Below are positions 28,320 to 37,548 of a DNA stretch of 64,000 nt, in pieces; within the stretch, counting starts at the first letter, position 1, and each line of letters begins with the position of its first letter. The DNA comes from Candidatus Latescibacterota bacterium. Its GTDB lineage: Bacteria > Latescibacterota > UBA2968 > UBA8231. The DNA is taken from positions 1,472,001 through 1,536,000 of the forward strand of contig CBDAOB010000004.1 of the NCBI GenBank assembly GCA_965197905.1, read 5' to 3'. A model generated the notes under the pieces. That model was not told the DNA's origin. It did not search any database and saw nothing but the letters and a program-made list of their open reading frames with translations. The position numbers and the translations under genes are program-made.

Positions 28320-28875
28320 TCATCGGCCCTTTGATCGCCGCGGCGGCGAGCGCGTCGGGTGGGCTCTGTTGAAGCCTACCATGCCGGTTGATCTTCAACG
28401 CCAGTTCCGGCAAACGAAGACCCATATACACGCCTTTGTTCACCTGGCGCTTCACGGTCTCTAGGTTACGCAGTCCCTTCAGTCTCAAGAGGTCCTGGCC
28501 CCTTGGGTTTCCCAACCGTCGTTTCAACAAGCTCGCGGCGATCTGAATCAGCCCCTGCAGGAAGGGTTTCTGGAGTGCGTTCCCACAGCGCCAGGGCACT
28601 TCCCATTGTTCGTGGGCTTCCCACCAGTATCCGTGATTGAACAGATCGACGCCGAACAGATACGGCCCGTGATGCCTCCAGTTATCTGCCGTCAGCGGCG
28701 TATCTGCAAAGACGCCTAGATCCTCCATCGCGCTAACGGCATGACGCGTTGATCGAGGCGTGATGCCGGGTAAAAATGGGGACGCCGGGAAGGAGACGGC
28801 AGGCCAATAGCGGGGCCAGCTCCGTTCGAACGGTTCGAAGTCGCGGTCAGGCGGCGCGGGAGGAATCTTCGACAC
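28297..28875 (-). CDS. DUF309-family protein
   Basis: GVDLFN.GY.WEAHE.WE..W and LQGLIQ.AA motifs. Start (GTG 28875) is uncertain. Confidence 0.8.
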   Translation of the reverse strand: MSKIPPAPPDRDFEPFERSWPRYWPAVSFPASPFLPGITPRSTRHAVSAMEDLGVFADTPLTADNWRHHGPYLFGVDLFNHGYWWEAHEQWEVPWRCGNALQKPFLQGLIQIAASLLKRRLGNPRGQDLLRLKGLRNLETVKRQVNKGVYMGLRLPELALKINRHGRLQQSPPDALAAAAIKGPMIILYHDA

Positions 28876-29851
28876 TGGCGTCCTCTCCCAGCTGTTGGAT
28901 GCGCGCCCGCAAAGGGTCGAGCTCGCGACAGCTTGCCAGCTCGGCGCGTAGCTGGGCGGCTCCATGGAGACCGCGAAAATAGCCCGAGTAGTGGCGCCTC
29001 ATGCCGACGACCGCCGCCCGCGGTCCCAGATGTTCGACGGCAAGGTCGAGGTGCCTGAGACAGCGGTGAGCGCGCTCTTGAAGCGAGGGAGTGGGAAGCA
29101 GCTCTTCCGTCGAGATATAGTGACGGGCATCGCGAAACAACCAGGGATGGGCGATGGCCCCACGGCCGATCATCACCCCGTCGCATCCGGTCTCGCGGAA
29201 ACAGCGCTCGACTTCTTGCGGCTCCCTGACATCCCCGTTCAGGATGATGGGAATGGAAACGGCGTTCTTTAGTCGCGGGATCCACTCGTAATCCACGGGC
29301 CCCTTGTGGCCTTGGGCACGCGTGCGGCAGTGCACCGCCAGTGCCTGTATCCCCACATCCTCGAGCATCTTCGCCACCTCCAGGATGTGGATCGACTCGT
29401 CGTCCCAGCCCAAACGCGTCTTCACCGTGACCGGCAGCGTGGTCGAACCCACCACCTTCTGCGCCACCCGCCGCAGTCGTGGGAGATCCTTGAGCAATCC
29501 GGCGCCGGCGCCGCGCAGCGCTACGTTGCGCACCCAGCAACCGCAGTTGATGTCGATCAGGTCAGGTTCGTGGGCGTTGGCGATCTCGGTGGCCTGTTCC
29601 AGGGTATCTTCCGAGGCACCGTACAGCTGGATCCCGAGGGGTCGTTCGGTGGGCAGGAATTTCAGCTTGGTAGCGGTGCGGCGGGAGCCCTGCGGACCGC
29701 TGCGCACCAGCCCTTCGGCGTTGACGAACTCGGTGTAGACGATGTCAGCACCGAGCTCCTTGCAGATCAGGCGAAACGGAAGATCGGAGACATCTTCCAT
29801 CGGTGCCAGCAACAACCCCGGGTCGGCTACAATTGTTCCGATGCGGAACAT
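28847..29851 (-). CDS. dusB: tRNA-dihydrouridine synthase B
   Basis: LAPM, DINCGC, TVKTRLG, VHCRT, NGD and MIGRG motifs; 334 aa. Confidence 0.92.
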   Translation of the reverse strand: MFRIGTIVADPGLLLAPMEDVSDLPFRLICKELGADIVYTEFVNAEGLVRSGPQGSRRTATKLKFLPTERPLGIQLYGASEDTLEQATEIANAHEPDLIDINCGCWVRNVALRGAGAGLLKDLPRLRRVAQKVVGSTTLPVTVKTRLGWDDESIHILEVAKMLEDVGIQALAVHCRTRAQGHKGPVDYEWIPRLKNAVSIPIILNGDVREPQEVERCFRETGCDGVMIGRGAIAHPWLFRDARHYISTEELLPTPSLQERAHRCLRHLDLAVEHLGPRAAVVGMRRHYSGYFRGLHGAAQLRAELASCRELDPLRARIQQLGEDASVEDSSRAA

Positions 29852-29887
29852 CTCATCTCGTGGCGTCGGTGGAGAAGCTGTTCCCCG

Positions 29888-30196
29888 CTATTTCAAACCA
29901 GAGTATGGCAGAGCCTTGAGGATTCGTACCTCGCGGCGGCGAATATTCGGGCGAATCTGCGGTACGACCTTCAGCCACTCCGGGCTGCCGTAGAACGCTT
30001 CGATGGCCTTGTCGCGCGCTTTGTTGTCGCGGAAGGATCGAATCCAGACGAACTCGTCGTCGCGATCCGGGTTCTCGAAGGCAGCAACAAAGTTGATTCC
30101 GTACTTCTTCATAAAGGTCTTCGCTTTTCTAAAACCGGCCAAGAACTTTTTCTTTTTTCCTTTGTGGAAGCGATAGATGCGCAGCTCGTAGATCAT
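29888..30196 (-). CDS. NIPSNAP-family protein
   Basis: MIYELRIY, FVWIRSF and FY.SPEW motifs; 102 aa; AGGGGAG RBS. Confidence 0.85.
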   Translation of the reverse strand: MIYELRIYRFHKGKKKKFLAGFRKAKTFMKKYGINFVAAFENPDRDDEFVWIRSFRDNKARDKAIEAFYGSPEWLKVVPQIRPNIRRREVRILKALPYSGLK

Positions 30197-30228
30197 TCGT
30201 TGTCTCCCCTCGTCGGCTTGAGGCCGGC

Positions 30229-30257
30229 AGTATAGGAGGCCACCGCAGGAGTGTCAA
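30229..30257 (-). promoter_or_regulatory. Sigma70 promoter for NIPSNAP-dusB-DUF309
   Basis: Minus strand TTGACA-N17-TATACT, near consensus. Confidence 0.75.
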
Positions 30258-30305
30258 GTTCCTCAGGCGCAAGGTCAAACGGAACTCGCGGCGTGGTTGT
30301 GATGC

Positions 30306-30334
30306 TTGACGCCCGGAGGGGTTGCCCCTAGATT
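30306..30334 (+). promoter_or_regulatory. Sigma70 promoter for the uppS operon
   Basis: TTGACG-N17-TAGATT. Confidence 0.6.
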
Positions 30335-30390
30335 TTCAGCCTTGCTCGGCCTGCTTCTTCTCCAGTCCCGCCTCTGTTCAGCAATCTCAA

Positions 30391-31149
30391 GTGACCCTTA
30401 CGTTGGATCCCCAAGAAGACGCACTCATCCAGAAGCAACTCGTCGACGGCGGTAATCTGCCGCGGCACATCGCCATCATCATGGACGGCGATCGGCGCTG
30501 GGCGGTGCAGCACGATCTGCCCAAAACGGAAGGGCACCGGCTGGCGCGGGAGTCAGTGAGGGATGTGGTGCGGGCTTGTGGAGAGCTCGGCGTTGAGGTG
30601 CTTACGCTCTACTCCTTCTCCACCGAGAACTGGTCGCGGCCCAAGAAAGAGGTGCGGACGCTGATGATGTTGTTGCGGGAGTCCCTGAAGGACGAGATTC
30701 CCGAGCTGCACAAGAACAACGTGCGCCTCAATGCCATCGGTCGGATCGAGGGATTGCCCAAGACCGTCCAAGTGGCGTTGAAGCGGGGCATCGCACAGAC
30801 CGCCGACAACTCGGGGTTGTTGTTGAATCTGGCGTTGAATTACGGCGGTCGCAGCGAACTGGTGGACGCCGTGCGTGATTTGGCGGATCGAGTCGCCTCG
30901 GGATCTCTGAAACCCGAGGCTATAGATGAAGAGCTGATCTCCAGCGTGCTGTACACCGGTGGCATGCCCGATCCCGACCTGCTCATTCGTCCCAGCGGGG
31001 AAATGCGACTGAGCAATTTCCTGCCGTGGCAGATGGTGTATACGGAGATCTGGTTCACCCAGGTCTACTGGCCCGATTTCCGTCGCCAACACCTCTACGA
31101 AGCGGTGCGAACCTACCAGGAACGGGATCGACGATTTGGCGGAGCCTGA
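30391..31149 (+). CDS. uppS: Undecaprenyl diphosphate synthase (cis-prenyltransferase)
   Basis: HIAIIMDG.RRWA, FSTENW.R, NYGGR.E, PDLLIR.SGE.RLSNF and RRFG motifs. Start is GTG 30391 or TTG 30403. Confidence 0.93.
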   Translation: MTLTLDPQEDALIQKQLVDGGNLPRHIAIIMDGDRRWAVQHDLPKTEGHRLARESVRDVVRACGELGVEVLTLYSFSTENWSRPKKEVRTLMMLLRESLKDEIPELHKNNVRLNAIGRIEGLPKTVQVALKRGIAQTADNSGLLLNLALNYGGRSELVDAVRDLADRVASGSLKPEAIDEELISSVLYTGGMPDPDLLIRPSGEMRLSNFLPWQMVYTEIWFTQVYWPDFRRQHLYEAVRTYQERDRRFGGA

Positions 31150-31972
31150 GTCTCCCGCCCCCACCGCGCGCTCCCAGCTGTTCAGGCGCATAAGCTCGAT
31201 CTGTGTTTTCGTTCCGGCGATATTGTTTCTCGTGTGGGCCGGGAACCACACGCTGCTCCTGCTGGTTCTTCTGATCGTGGTAGGCGGATCATGGGAGTTC
31301 TACCACTTGCTGAAATCGGCGGGATATCGGCCGGCGGCAACCGTCGGTATGGTTTCGGCGGCGGGGCTTGTGTTTCACATCTACCTTCGCCCCGCCGACA
31401 CCCTGGCGTTGCCCGTGGCGCTGGTCGTCCTCATCAGTCTCGCCCTCGGTTTGCGGCGGGGCACTGAACGCTACGCAGCCAACACCTTGGCAACCTTTGG
31501 TGGAGCCATCCTGTTTGGTCTATTGGGCAGTACCCCGCTACGCATGGGCACCGCGGCACCGGCGGAGAATTCGGCGTTTCTGGTCATGGCCATCTTCACA
31601 TCGATTTGGCTGACCGACGCGGCCGCCTACATCGGCGGCAACCTGTGGGGCAAGCGCAAGCTGGCTCCCAGCATCAGCCCGGGCAAAACCCGAATCGGCT
31701 TCTTGACCGGGTTGGTTGGAGGTTTGGTGCCGTTGCTCTTCCGCGATCTTTTACCGATGTTCAGCACCGCCGAACTGGCAGGATTGTTTCTCGTTGCCAG
31801 CGCCGGCGGTCAACTGGGGGACCTGGTCGAGTCCGCCTGGAAGCGGGATGTCGGAGTGAAGGATTCCGCGGCTCTCATTCCGGGACATGGTGGCGTGCTA
31901 GACCGCTTCGATTCCTATTTTTTCGCCTTTCCGTTGACCTACATCTATCTCATCACTCTTCGATCTTTTTGA
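31136..31972 (+). CDS. cdsA: Phosphatidate cytidylyltransferase
   Basis: ISPGKT and GDLVES..KR..GVKDS..LIPGHGGVLDRFDS motifs. Confidence 0.95.
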   Translation: MAEPESPAPTARSQLFRRISSICVFVPAILFLVWAGNHTLLLLVLLIVVGGSWEFYHLLKSAGYRPAATVGMVSAAGLVFHIYLRPADTLALPVALVVLISLALGLRRGTERYAANTLATFGGAILFGLLGSTPLRMGTAAPAENSAFLVMAIFTSIWLTDAAAYIGGNLWGKRKLAPSISPGKTRIGFLTGLVGGLVPLLFRDLLPMFSTAELAGLFLVASAGGQLGDLVESAWKRDVGVKDSAALIPGHGGVLDRFDSYFFAFPLTYIYLITLRSF

Positions 31973-31979
31973 GTCACCG

Positions 31980-33296
31980 ATGATCAGTACCGCAATCTGG
32001 TTCGTCATTTCATTCATAATTGCCCTGGGCATCCTGGTGTTCGTCCATGAGTTGGGCCACTTCCTCGTTGCCAAGCGCTTTGGCATTCGGGTTGAACGTT
32101 TCTCTCTCGGCTTCCCTCCAAAGGCGATCGGGTTCCAGTGGGGCGAGACCGAGTACTGTCTCTCGTGGATTCCGTTCGGTGGTTACGTCAAGGTCGCCGG
32201 CATGGCGGACGTGGGTCAGGAAGAAACCACCGGCGAGCCCTGGGAATTTCCATCCAAGCCGATCTGGGTGCGCATGGCAGTGATCGCCGCTGGCCCGGTT
32301 ATGAACTTCCTGTTCGCTTTCGTCGCCTTTCTCGCGCTGCTCTTCTTCTTCGGAATCGACACCTGGGATACCACTGTTGTCGCACCCGAGAAGGATTCGA
32401 TAAGCGCTCGTGCCGGCATTGAGAAAGGGGACCGCGTCGTGCGGGTCGGTGACCACGAGGTGTTTAACAGCCACGACTTGCTCAAGGCACTCAACGCCGC
32501 CGCCGAGGAAGGCGCGTTTGTGGATGTTGAGCGCAACGGTCGCGGTCATACGGTGGAGTTCCCGCCGCTGCCGTCGGGCAGTTACGGGTTGCGCATCGAA
32601 CCCTTACCGAAGGTAGGGGATGTGCGTTCCGGCATGCCGGCGGAATCGATCGGCCTCCAGGAAGGGGACCGAATCGTATCGGTGGCCGGCACCGCGGTTT
32701 CGAGCTGGCAGGAGATGAGCACCGAAATCCGCCGCTACCCAGAGCAGAAAATCGAGTTGAAGTGGGATCGCTCCGGTCTGTTGATGAGCTCCAACATCAC
32801 ACCGATCGCCCGTCAAGACGGGGACGATACCATCGGTCAAATTGGGATCGGCCTGTATGTGGTTTCCTTGGAGATTCCCTTCGGCGAGTCCGTCGTCTGG
32901 GCCACCCAAAAACTGTTTTCCGATTCGTTTATGATCATCGGTTTCCTCGCCGAGCTGTTTCAAGGGGATCGCTCGACGGATGAATTGGGTGGACCCCTGC
33001 GCATTGCGCAATTCGCCGGGGAAAAGGCCGAGCGCGGCGCCAAGGAATTCATCAGCTTTCTCGCGATTCTCAGTGTCCACTTGGGCATTTTGAACCTGTT
33101 GCCCATACCAGTGCTCGATGGCGGTCACCTGGCTTTTCTGACGTTGGAAGGCATCATGCGACGGCCCTTGTCGCTGCGCAAACGCGAGGTTTTCCAACAG
33201 GTAGGATTGCTTCTTCTCCTGGTTATCATGGTTCTGGTCACCTTCAACGATCTCAACCAGATGGTCTTCCCCCACATCGCCGAACTATTCCAATAG
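31980..33296 (+). CDS. rseP: RIP metalloprotease RseP
   Basis: HELGH, two PDZ-like domains and NLLPIPVLDGGH. Confidence 0.95.
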   Translation: MISTAIWFVISFIIALGILVFVHELGHFLVAKRFGIRVERFSLGFPPKAIGFQWGETEYCLSWIPFGGYVKVAGMADVGQEETTGEPWEFPSKPIWVRMAVIAAGPVMNFLFAFVAFLALLFFFGIDTWDTTVVAPEKDSISARAGIEKGDRVVRVGDHEVFNSHDLLKALNAAAEEGAFVDVERNGRGHTVEFPPLPSGSYGLRIEPLPKVGDVRSGMPAESIGLQEGDRIVSVAGTAVSSWQEMSTEIRRYPEQKIELKWDRSGLLMSSNITPIARQDGDDTIGQIGIGLYVVSLEIPFGESVVWATQKLFSDSFMIIGFLAELFQGDRSTDELGGPLRIAQFAGEKAERGAKEFISFLAILSVHLGILNLLPIPVLDGGHLAFLTLEGIMRRPLSLRKREVFQQVGLLLLLVIMVLVTFNDLNQMVFPHIAELFQ

Positions 33297-33298
33297 CG

Positions 33299-34429
33299 TT
33301 GGGTCTGAAGGAAGAGATTCGCGCGCGGGCGCAGGATCTCGGATTCGGCCTCATAGGCTTTGCGCCGGCCGATCCTCTGGAAGGGGCGGAATTCTATGCC
33401 CGCTGGCTCGCCCACGGGTACGCCGGGGAGATGGATTACCTGCGCCGGCACCAGGGTGAGAGAGCTGACCCGGAGCGCCTGGTACCAGGTGCCCGGACGG
33501 TCATTTGCCTGGGATTTAACTATTATCAGCCGACCGCCGAACCCGTCGATCCCCTGCGCGGCCGGATCGCTGCCTATGCCCGCGGCGACGACTATCACGA
33601 CCTTCTGAAAACGCGACTGCGAGAGCTTTGGAAATTTATCTGCGAGCAAACCAACGAGGGTGCGCGGGGCCGGTATTACGTGGATACAGCTCCCGTGTTG
33701 GAGCGCGAGCTGGCGTGCCTTGCCGGCCTGGGTTGGTGGGGGAAAAACACCTGCCTCATCAATAAGCGCGGCGGGTCCCACTTCTTTCTGGCCGAAATCA
33801 TTACCGATCTGAATTTCGAGTACGACACGCCGGCCACCGATCATTGCGGTAGCTGCACCCGCTGCTTAGACGCCTGTCCGACGCAGGCATTTCCACAGCC
33901 TTACGTGCTGGACGCCACCCGCTGTATCTCCTACTTGACCATTGAACTGAAAGGCGGGATACCGCGGCCGCTGCGCGGCGACATGGGGAACTGGATTTTC
34001 GGTTGCGACATCTGTCAGGATGTCTGCCCCTGGAACGCCAAGGCGGAAAGCGCCAGTGAGCCCTCGTTGCGCAGTCGCGCGGAGCTGGACAACCCGCCAC
34101 TGCTGGAGCTCATGGGGCTGGGAACGGACGAATTCAATGCACGCTTCCGGCGCAACCCCGCCAAACGACCCAAACGCCGCGGCATGCTGCGAAATGTGGC
34201 GATCGCGCTGGGGAACGCAGGCCGCCCGGAAGCTATTCCCGCTTTGGAAAAGGCGTTGGGAGATAGCGAAGCGTTGGTGCGCGCCCACGCCGCCTGGGCC
34301 TTGGGGCGCATCGGAGGGAAGCGCGCTCGTCAGACCCTGGAACAAGCGTTGGCGGGGGAAGACGACGACGGGGTTCGGAATGAGATGGAGTGGGCGCTGA
34401 CCGACTCAGGGCAACGGGAGATCGAATAA
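33299..34429 (+). CDS. queG: Epoxyqueuosine reductase
   Basis: YARGDDYH, VDTAPVLER, CGSCTRCLDACP, CISY, FGCDICQDVCPWN and HEAT repeats. Confidence 0.95.
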   Translation: MGLKEEIRARAQDLGFGLIGFAPADPLEGAEFYARWLAHGYAGEMDYLRRHQGERADPERLVPGARTVICLGFNYYQPTAEPVDPLRGRIAAYARGDDYHDLLKTRLRELWKFICEQTNEGARGRYYVDTAPVLERELACLAGLGWWGKNTCLINKRGGSHFFLAEIITDLNFEYDTPATDHCGSCTRCLDACPTQAFPQPYVLDATRCISYLTIELKGGIPRPLRGDMGNWIFGCDICQDVCPWNAKAESASEPSLRSRAELDNPPLLELMGLGTDEFNARFRRNPAKRPKRRGMLRNVAIALGNAGRPEAIPALEKALGDSEALVRAHAAWALGRIGGKRARQTLEQALAGEDDDGVRNEMEWALTDSGQREIE

Positions 34430-35344
34430 GGCCTGGGCGAATTCGGCCGGGTCGAACGCCTGCAGATCGTCCGGTCCTTCTCCCAGCCCCACCAATTTCA
34501 CCGGAACCTCTAGCTCGCGCTTCAGCGCCAGCACGATACCTCCCTTGGCGGTTCCGTCCAGTTTCGTCAGAACCAGCCCGCTCAGCTGCATGGCGGCATG
34601 AAACTCCCGTGCCTGAGCCAGGGCGTTTTGCCCGGTGGTGGCATCCACCACCATGAGGGTCTCGTGGGGTGCGCCCGGTTCCTGTTTGGCCAGTGAGCGA
34701 CCGACCTTTTTGAGTTCCTCCATGAGATTGATCTTGGTGTGCAGACGGCCGGCGGTATCCACGATCAGCACGTCCATCTGGCGCGCCTTGGCGGAAGCCA
34801 AAGCGTCGAACGCCACCGCCGCTGGATCGGCTCCTACCTGAGGTTGCACCAACGCGGCATCGGCTCGTTTCGCCCACACTTCCAGCTGTGGGATGGCCGC
34901 GGCGCGAAAGGTATCACAGGCGGCCAACATGACGCGCCTGCCAGCGTCGGCGTACTGCTTTGCCAGCTTGCCGACCGTAGTCGTCTTGCCGGTGCCGTTG
35001 ACCCCAACAACAAGAATCACGAACGGCTGATGGGGCAGCTGGGTTGCGATGGGCAGAAGGTCGGCGTCAGCCATTCCCTCGCTGATCTGAGCCCGCAACA
35101 CCTTCATCACATCCCCCGCGCCCAGGTTGCCGGCCTCGTCCCGCAGTCGGCGCCGGAGCTCGGCGACGACGGAGGTTGCCGTCTCCAGCCCCACGTCGGC
35201 CTGAATGAGCAGGTCTTCAATATCATCGAGGACCTGGTCGTCGATCGGGATTCCCCCATCCAACACCGCCTTCAACCCCTGGTTCATCGCCTCCCGAGTG
35301 CGGGTGAGTCCGCTGACGACCTTCTCGAAGAAAGGGCCTACCAA
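34406..35344 (-). CDS. ftsY: Signal recognition particle receptor
   Basis: GVNGTGKTTT, DTFRAAA, DTAGR and TKLDGTAKGG motifs. Confidence 0.97.
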   Translation of the reverse strand: MVGPFFEKVVSGLTRTREAMNQGLKAVLDGGIPIDDQVLDDIEDLLIQADVGLETATSVVAELRRRLRDEAGNLGAGDVMKVLRAQISEGMADADLLPIATQLPHQPFVILVVGVNGTGKTTTVGKLAKQYADAGRRVMLAACDTFRAAAIPQLEVWAKRADAALVQPQVGADPAAVAFDALASAKARQMDVLIVDTAGRLHTKINLMEELKKVGRSLAKQEPGAPHETLMVVDATTGQNALAQAREFHAAMQLSGLVLTKLDGTAKGGIVLALKRELEVPVKLVGLGEGPDDLQAFDPAEFAQALFDLPLP

Positions 35345-35392
35345 GGTCTGACTCGAATATCGACATGGATCGCCGCCGACCGCCGCAAGGGA

Positions 35393-36475
35393 TCAGTCAA
35401 CGACACTCTCTTCAACACCGGGGTCGACGATATACAACATCGGCTCCTCTTCCAGCCGGTACTCGCGCGATTCTTCCAGTCGTTTGCCGCGGGGGTCCAC
35501 CAGAATCTCGAGGATCGGTCGCGTGGGGTGCAGCCTGCTAGTGCTGACGACGCGGCCGATCTCGCCGCTGTTTAGCTTCACCAGGCTCCCTAAAGGAAAG
35601 ATGGAAACGATATCCAGCAGTGCCTTGACGAAACGTCGGTCGAATAGGGCGTTTTCGACATCGACGATCTCCTTCAGCGCCTGGTAGATAACCCTGGCCT
35701 TGCGGTCGGCACGGGGGTGCGCCATCGCTTCGTAGGTGTCGGCCAACCCCAGTATGCGCGCAAATTCGTGAATCTGCTCGCCTTTGAGGCGCCGGGGATA
35801 GCCGCTGCCATCGAAACGTTCGTGAACCTGTACTACGATACGGCCGATCCATTTGAAAGACTCGCCGAAGTTTTCGACGATCTCTCGCGAGCGCGTGGGA
35901 TGTGTCCGCAAGGTCTCAAATTGATCGTTCGTGAGCGTGGAACTGGCGGTAATCTCCGGCGGCATCTTTAGCATCCCCACGTCGTGCATGAGGGCACACA
36001 AACCCAGAGCGACGCAACGCCGCTTCTCGTATTCTAATTCCATACCGAGCCGAAGGGCGAGGATCGCCGAATTCGCGCTCCGTGCCGGCACCGATTGATC
36101 GCGCTCGCGCTGGCGCACCGTCTCCGACAGGAGCTGCTCGCCCCGCGCCAGCTGATCAATGGTGCGGGCAATCAGATCCATGATCGCATCGCCATCAGGT
36201 ACAGAATCTGCCGCGGCTGCGGCAAAGATGTCGTGTGCGCCTTCCACGAGCTCGTCGAACAACGCCCTTGCCAAGTCCGCTTCAGAATCTTCGAGGGTTT
36301 CCTGCTCTGGCGCAACGTCGAAGATGGAGGTTTCGATCGATTCGAGGTGGGTTTCCGGTTCGGGTTCGGCGTCCTGCGGCGTCGGTGCCGGAGATTCGTG
36401 GTGCATGTGGTTCGAGGGCGCCGCATTCCCGCGCACCTGTTTCGAGGTGCGCAGCATGGAATTCATCCTAAGCAT
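35393..36475 (-). CDS. HD-GYP domain protein (partly degenerate)
   Basis: MHDVG, HP, VHER.DGSGYP and AD.YEAM motifs, C-terminal FPLGSLVKL..GE.G.V. Start ATG 36475 overlaps the upstream stop. Confidence 0.85.
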   Translation of the reverse strand: MLRMNSMLRTSKQVRGNAAPSNHMHHESPAPTPQDAEPEPETHLESIETSIFDVAPEQETLEDSEADLARALFDELVEGAHDIFAAAAADSVPDGDAIMDLIARTIDQLARGEQLLSETVRQRERDQSVPARSANSAILALRLGMELEYEKRRCVALGLCALMHDVGMLKMPPEITASSTLTNDQFETLRTHPTRSREIVENFGESFKWIGRIVVQVHERFDGSGYPRRLKGEQIHEFARILGLADTYEAMAHPRADRKARVIYQALKEIVDVENALFDRRFVKALLDIVSIFPLGSLVKLNSGEIGRVVSTSRLHPTRPILEILVDPRGKRLEESREYRLEEEPMLYIVDPGVEESVVD

Positions 36476-37274
36476 AACTGCTTTCAGCGCGGATGAGACG
36501 CTCCATCCAGTCCGGGTCGATCGATGGTAGCTTGCGGCTGCTTCCGATAACCAGAGAGATGTCGCAGATATTGTTGATCTTGCGCGGCACACCGCCGGAG
36601 TAGCGGTGAATCAGCTGCACCGCTCCTTCGGTGAACACCGGTTCCTCGCGGCCGGCGACCTGGAGGCGGTATCCGACGTATTCGTTAACTTCGTCAACGG
36701 TCAGCGGTTTGAGGGTTCCACGCGCGGCGATACGCTGGTCCAGGGCAGCAAACTCCCCCAGCCGCTGGGCCATAGGGTTCTGTCCTACCATCAGCAAGGT
36801 AACCAGGAAGGCATCGTCCAACTGGAAGTTCAACAATAACCGGATCTCCTCGAGGATCTCCTGGTCTTGCAGCAGGTGACCTTCCTCGATCAGAACCAGG
36901 GTGATCTTGTTTGCGGAGTAGTTTTCGTACAACAGCTCGTGAACGCGGTGCAGCACAGCCGAGCGATCGGATGAGCCCGCCTCTTCTCCCATCTGATATA
37001 GCAGTTCACGGAGAAATTCGTCCGCGTTCCGAGCCGGAGTGGTCACGAAAGCGACCTCAAGTCGATCCGCCTCGAACTCCTGCACGAGGGCCCGAGCCAT
37101 GATCGTTTTCCCACACCCCGTGGCGCCGGTGAGCATGGCGGCTCCACGGTTGCTCTCCATGGCGTAAAACAGGCGCGCGAACACCTCGGCCCCGTCCGCG
37201 GATTGGAATAGAAATCTGGGATCGGGGGTATTTTCGAACGGTTTTTCCTTCAGTCCCCAGTATTCCTGGTACAA
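36468..37274 (-). CDS. ExeA/MshM-like AAA ATPase
   Basis: Y..YWGL.EKPF..TPDP.F, GATGCGKT, LIEEGH, L.VGQ and SGGVPR.IN..CD motifs. TTG start at 37274 inferred from the family N-terminus. Confidence 0.88.
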   Translation of the reverse strand: MYQEYWGLKEKPFENTPDPRFLFQSADGAEVFARLFYAMESNRGAAMLTGATGCGKTIMARALVQEFEADRLEVAFVTTPARNADEFLRELLYQMGEEAGSSDRSAVLHRVHELLYENYSANKITLVLIEEGHLLQDQEILEEIRLLLNFQLDDAFLVTLLMVGQNPMAQRLGEFAALDQRIAARGTLKPLTVDEVNEYVGYRLQVAGREEPVFTEGAVQLIHRYSGGVPRKINNICDISLVIGSSRKLPSIDPDWMERLIRAESSYA

Positions 37275-37486
37275 TTCGGCGTGGACCCCTTCGACAACTT
37301 GCTTGCGACCGGCGTAAGCAGTTTTGGCATATTGACGGGTGGTTTGCTCTTTTGGTTTGCTCTTTTTCGGGTGTAGCATATTTAGCTGTGAGAGGCACTT
37401 TTGTCAAGGGTGGTCGCGTCGCCTCCGCATCCCTGAAAGTTTCCTTTTTTCAAGAGGTTATGCGTTATTGGAGGGACCTCAAATCC

Positions 37487-37515
37487 TTGACTTTTGAGGC
37501 GCTCCGACCTATATT
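37487..37515 (+). promoter_or_regulatory. Sigma70 promoter heading the S55-propeller-rib-nusB operon
   Basis: TTGACT-N17-TATATT; AGGGAG RBS before TTG 37549. Confidence 0.7.
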
Positions 37516-37548
37516 CACCAGTTTCCACAATTAGGGAGATATACCTCA

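Noticed and set aside
29306..30235. 309-aa ORF on +
   Set aside because: Antisense to dusB and the NIPSNAP gene; no family features.
28297..34429. Convergent 3' overlaps (LysR/DUF309, 23 nt; queG/ftsY, 24 nt) as antisense regulation
   Set aside because: Short tail-to-tail overlaps are common in compact genomes; no further evidence.
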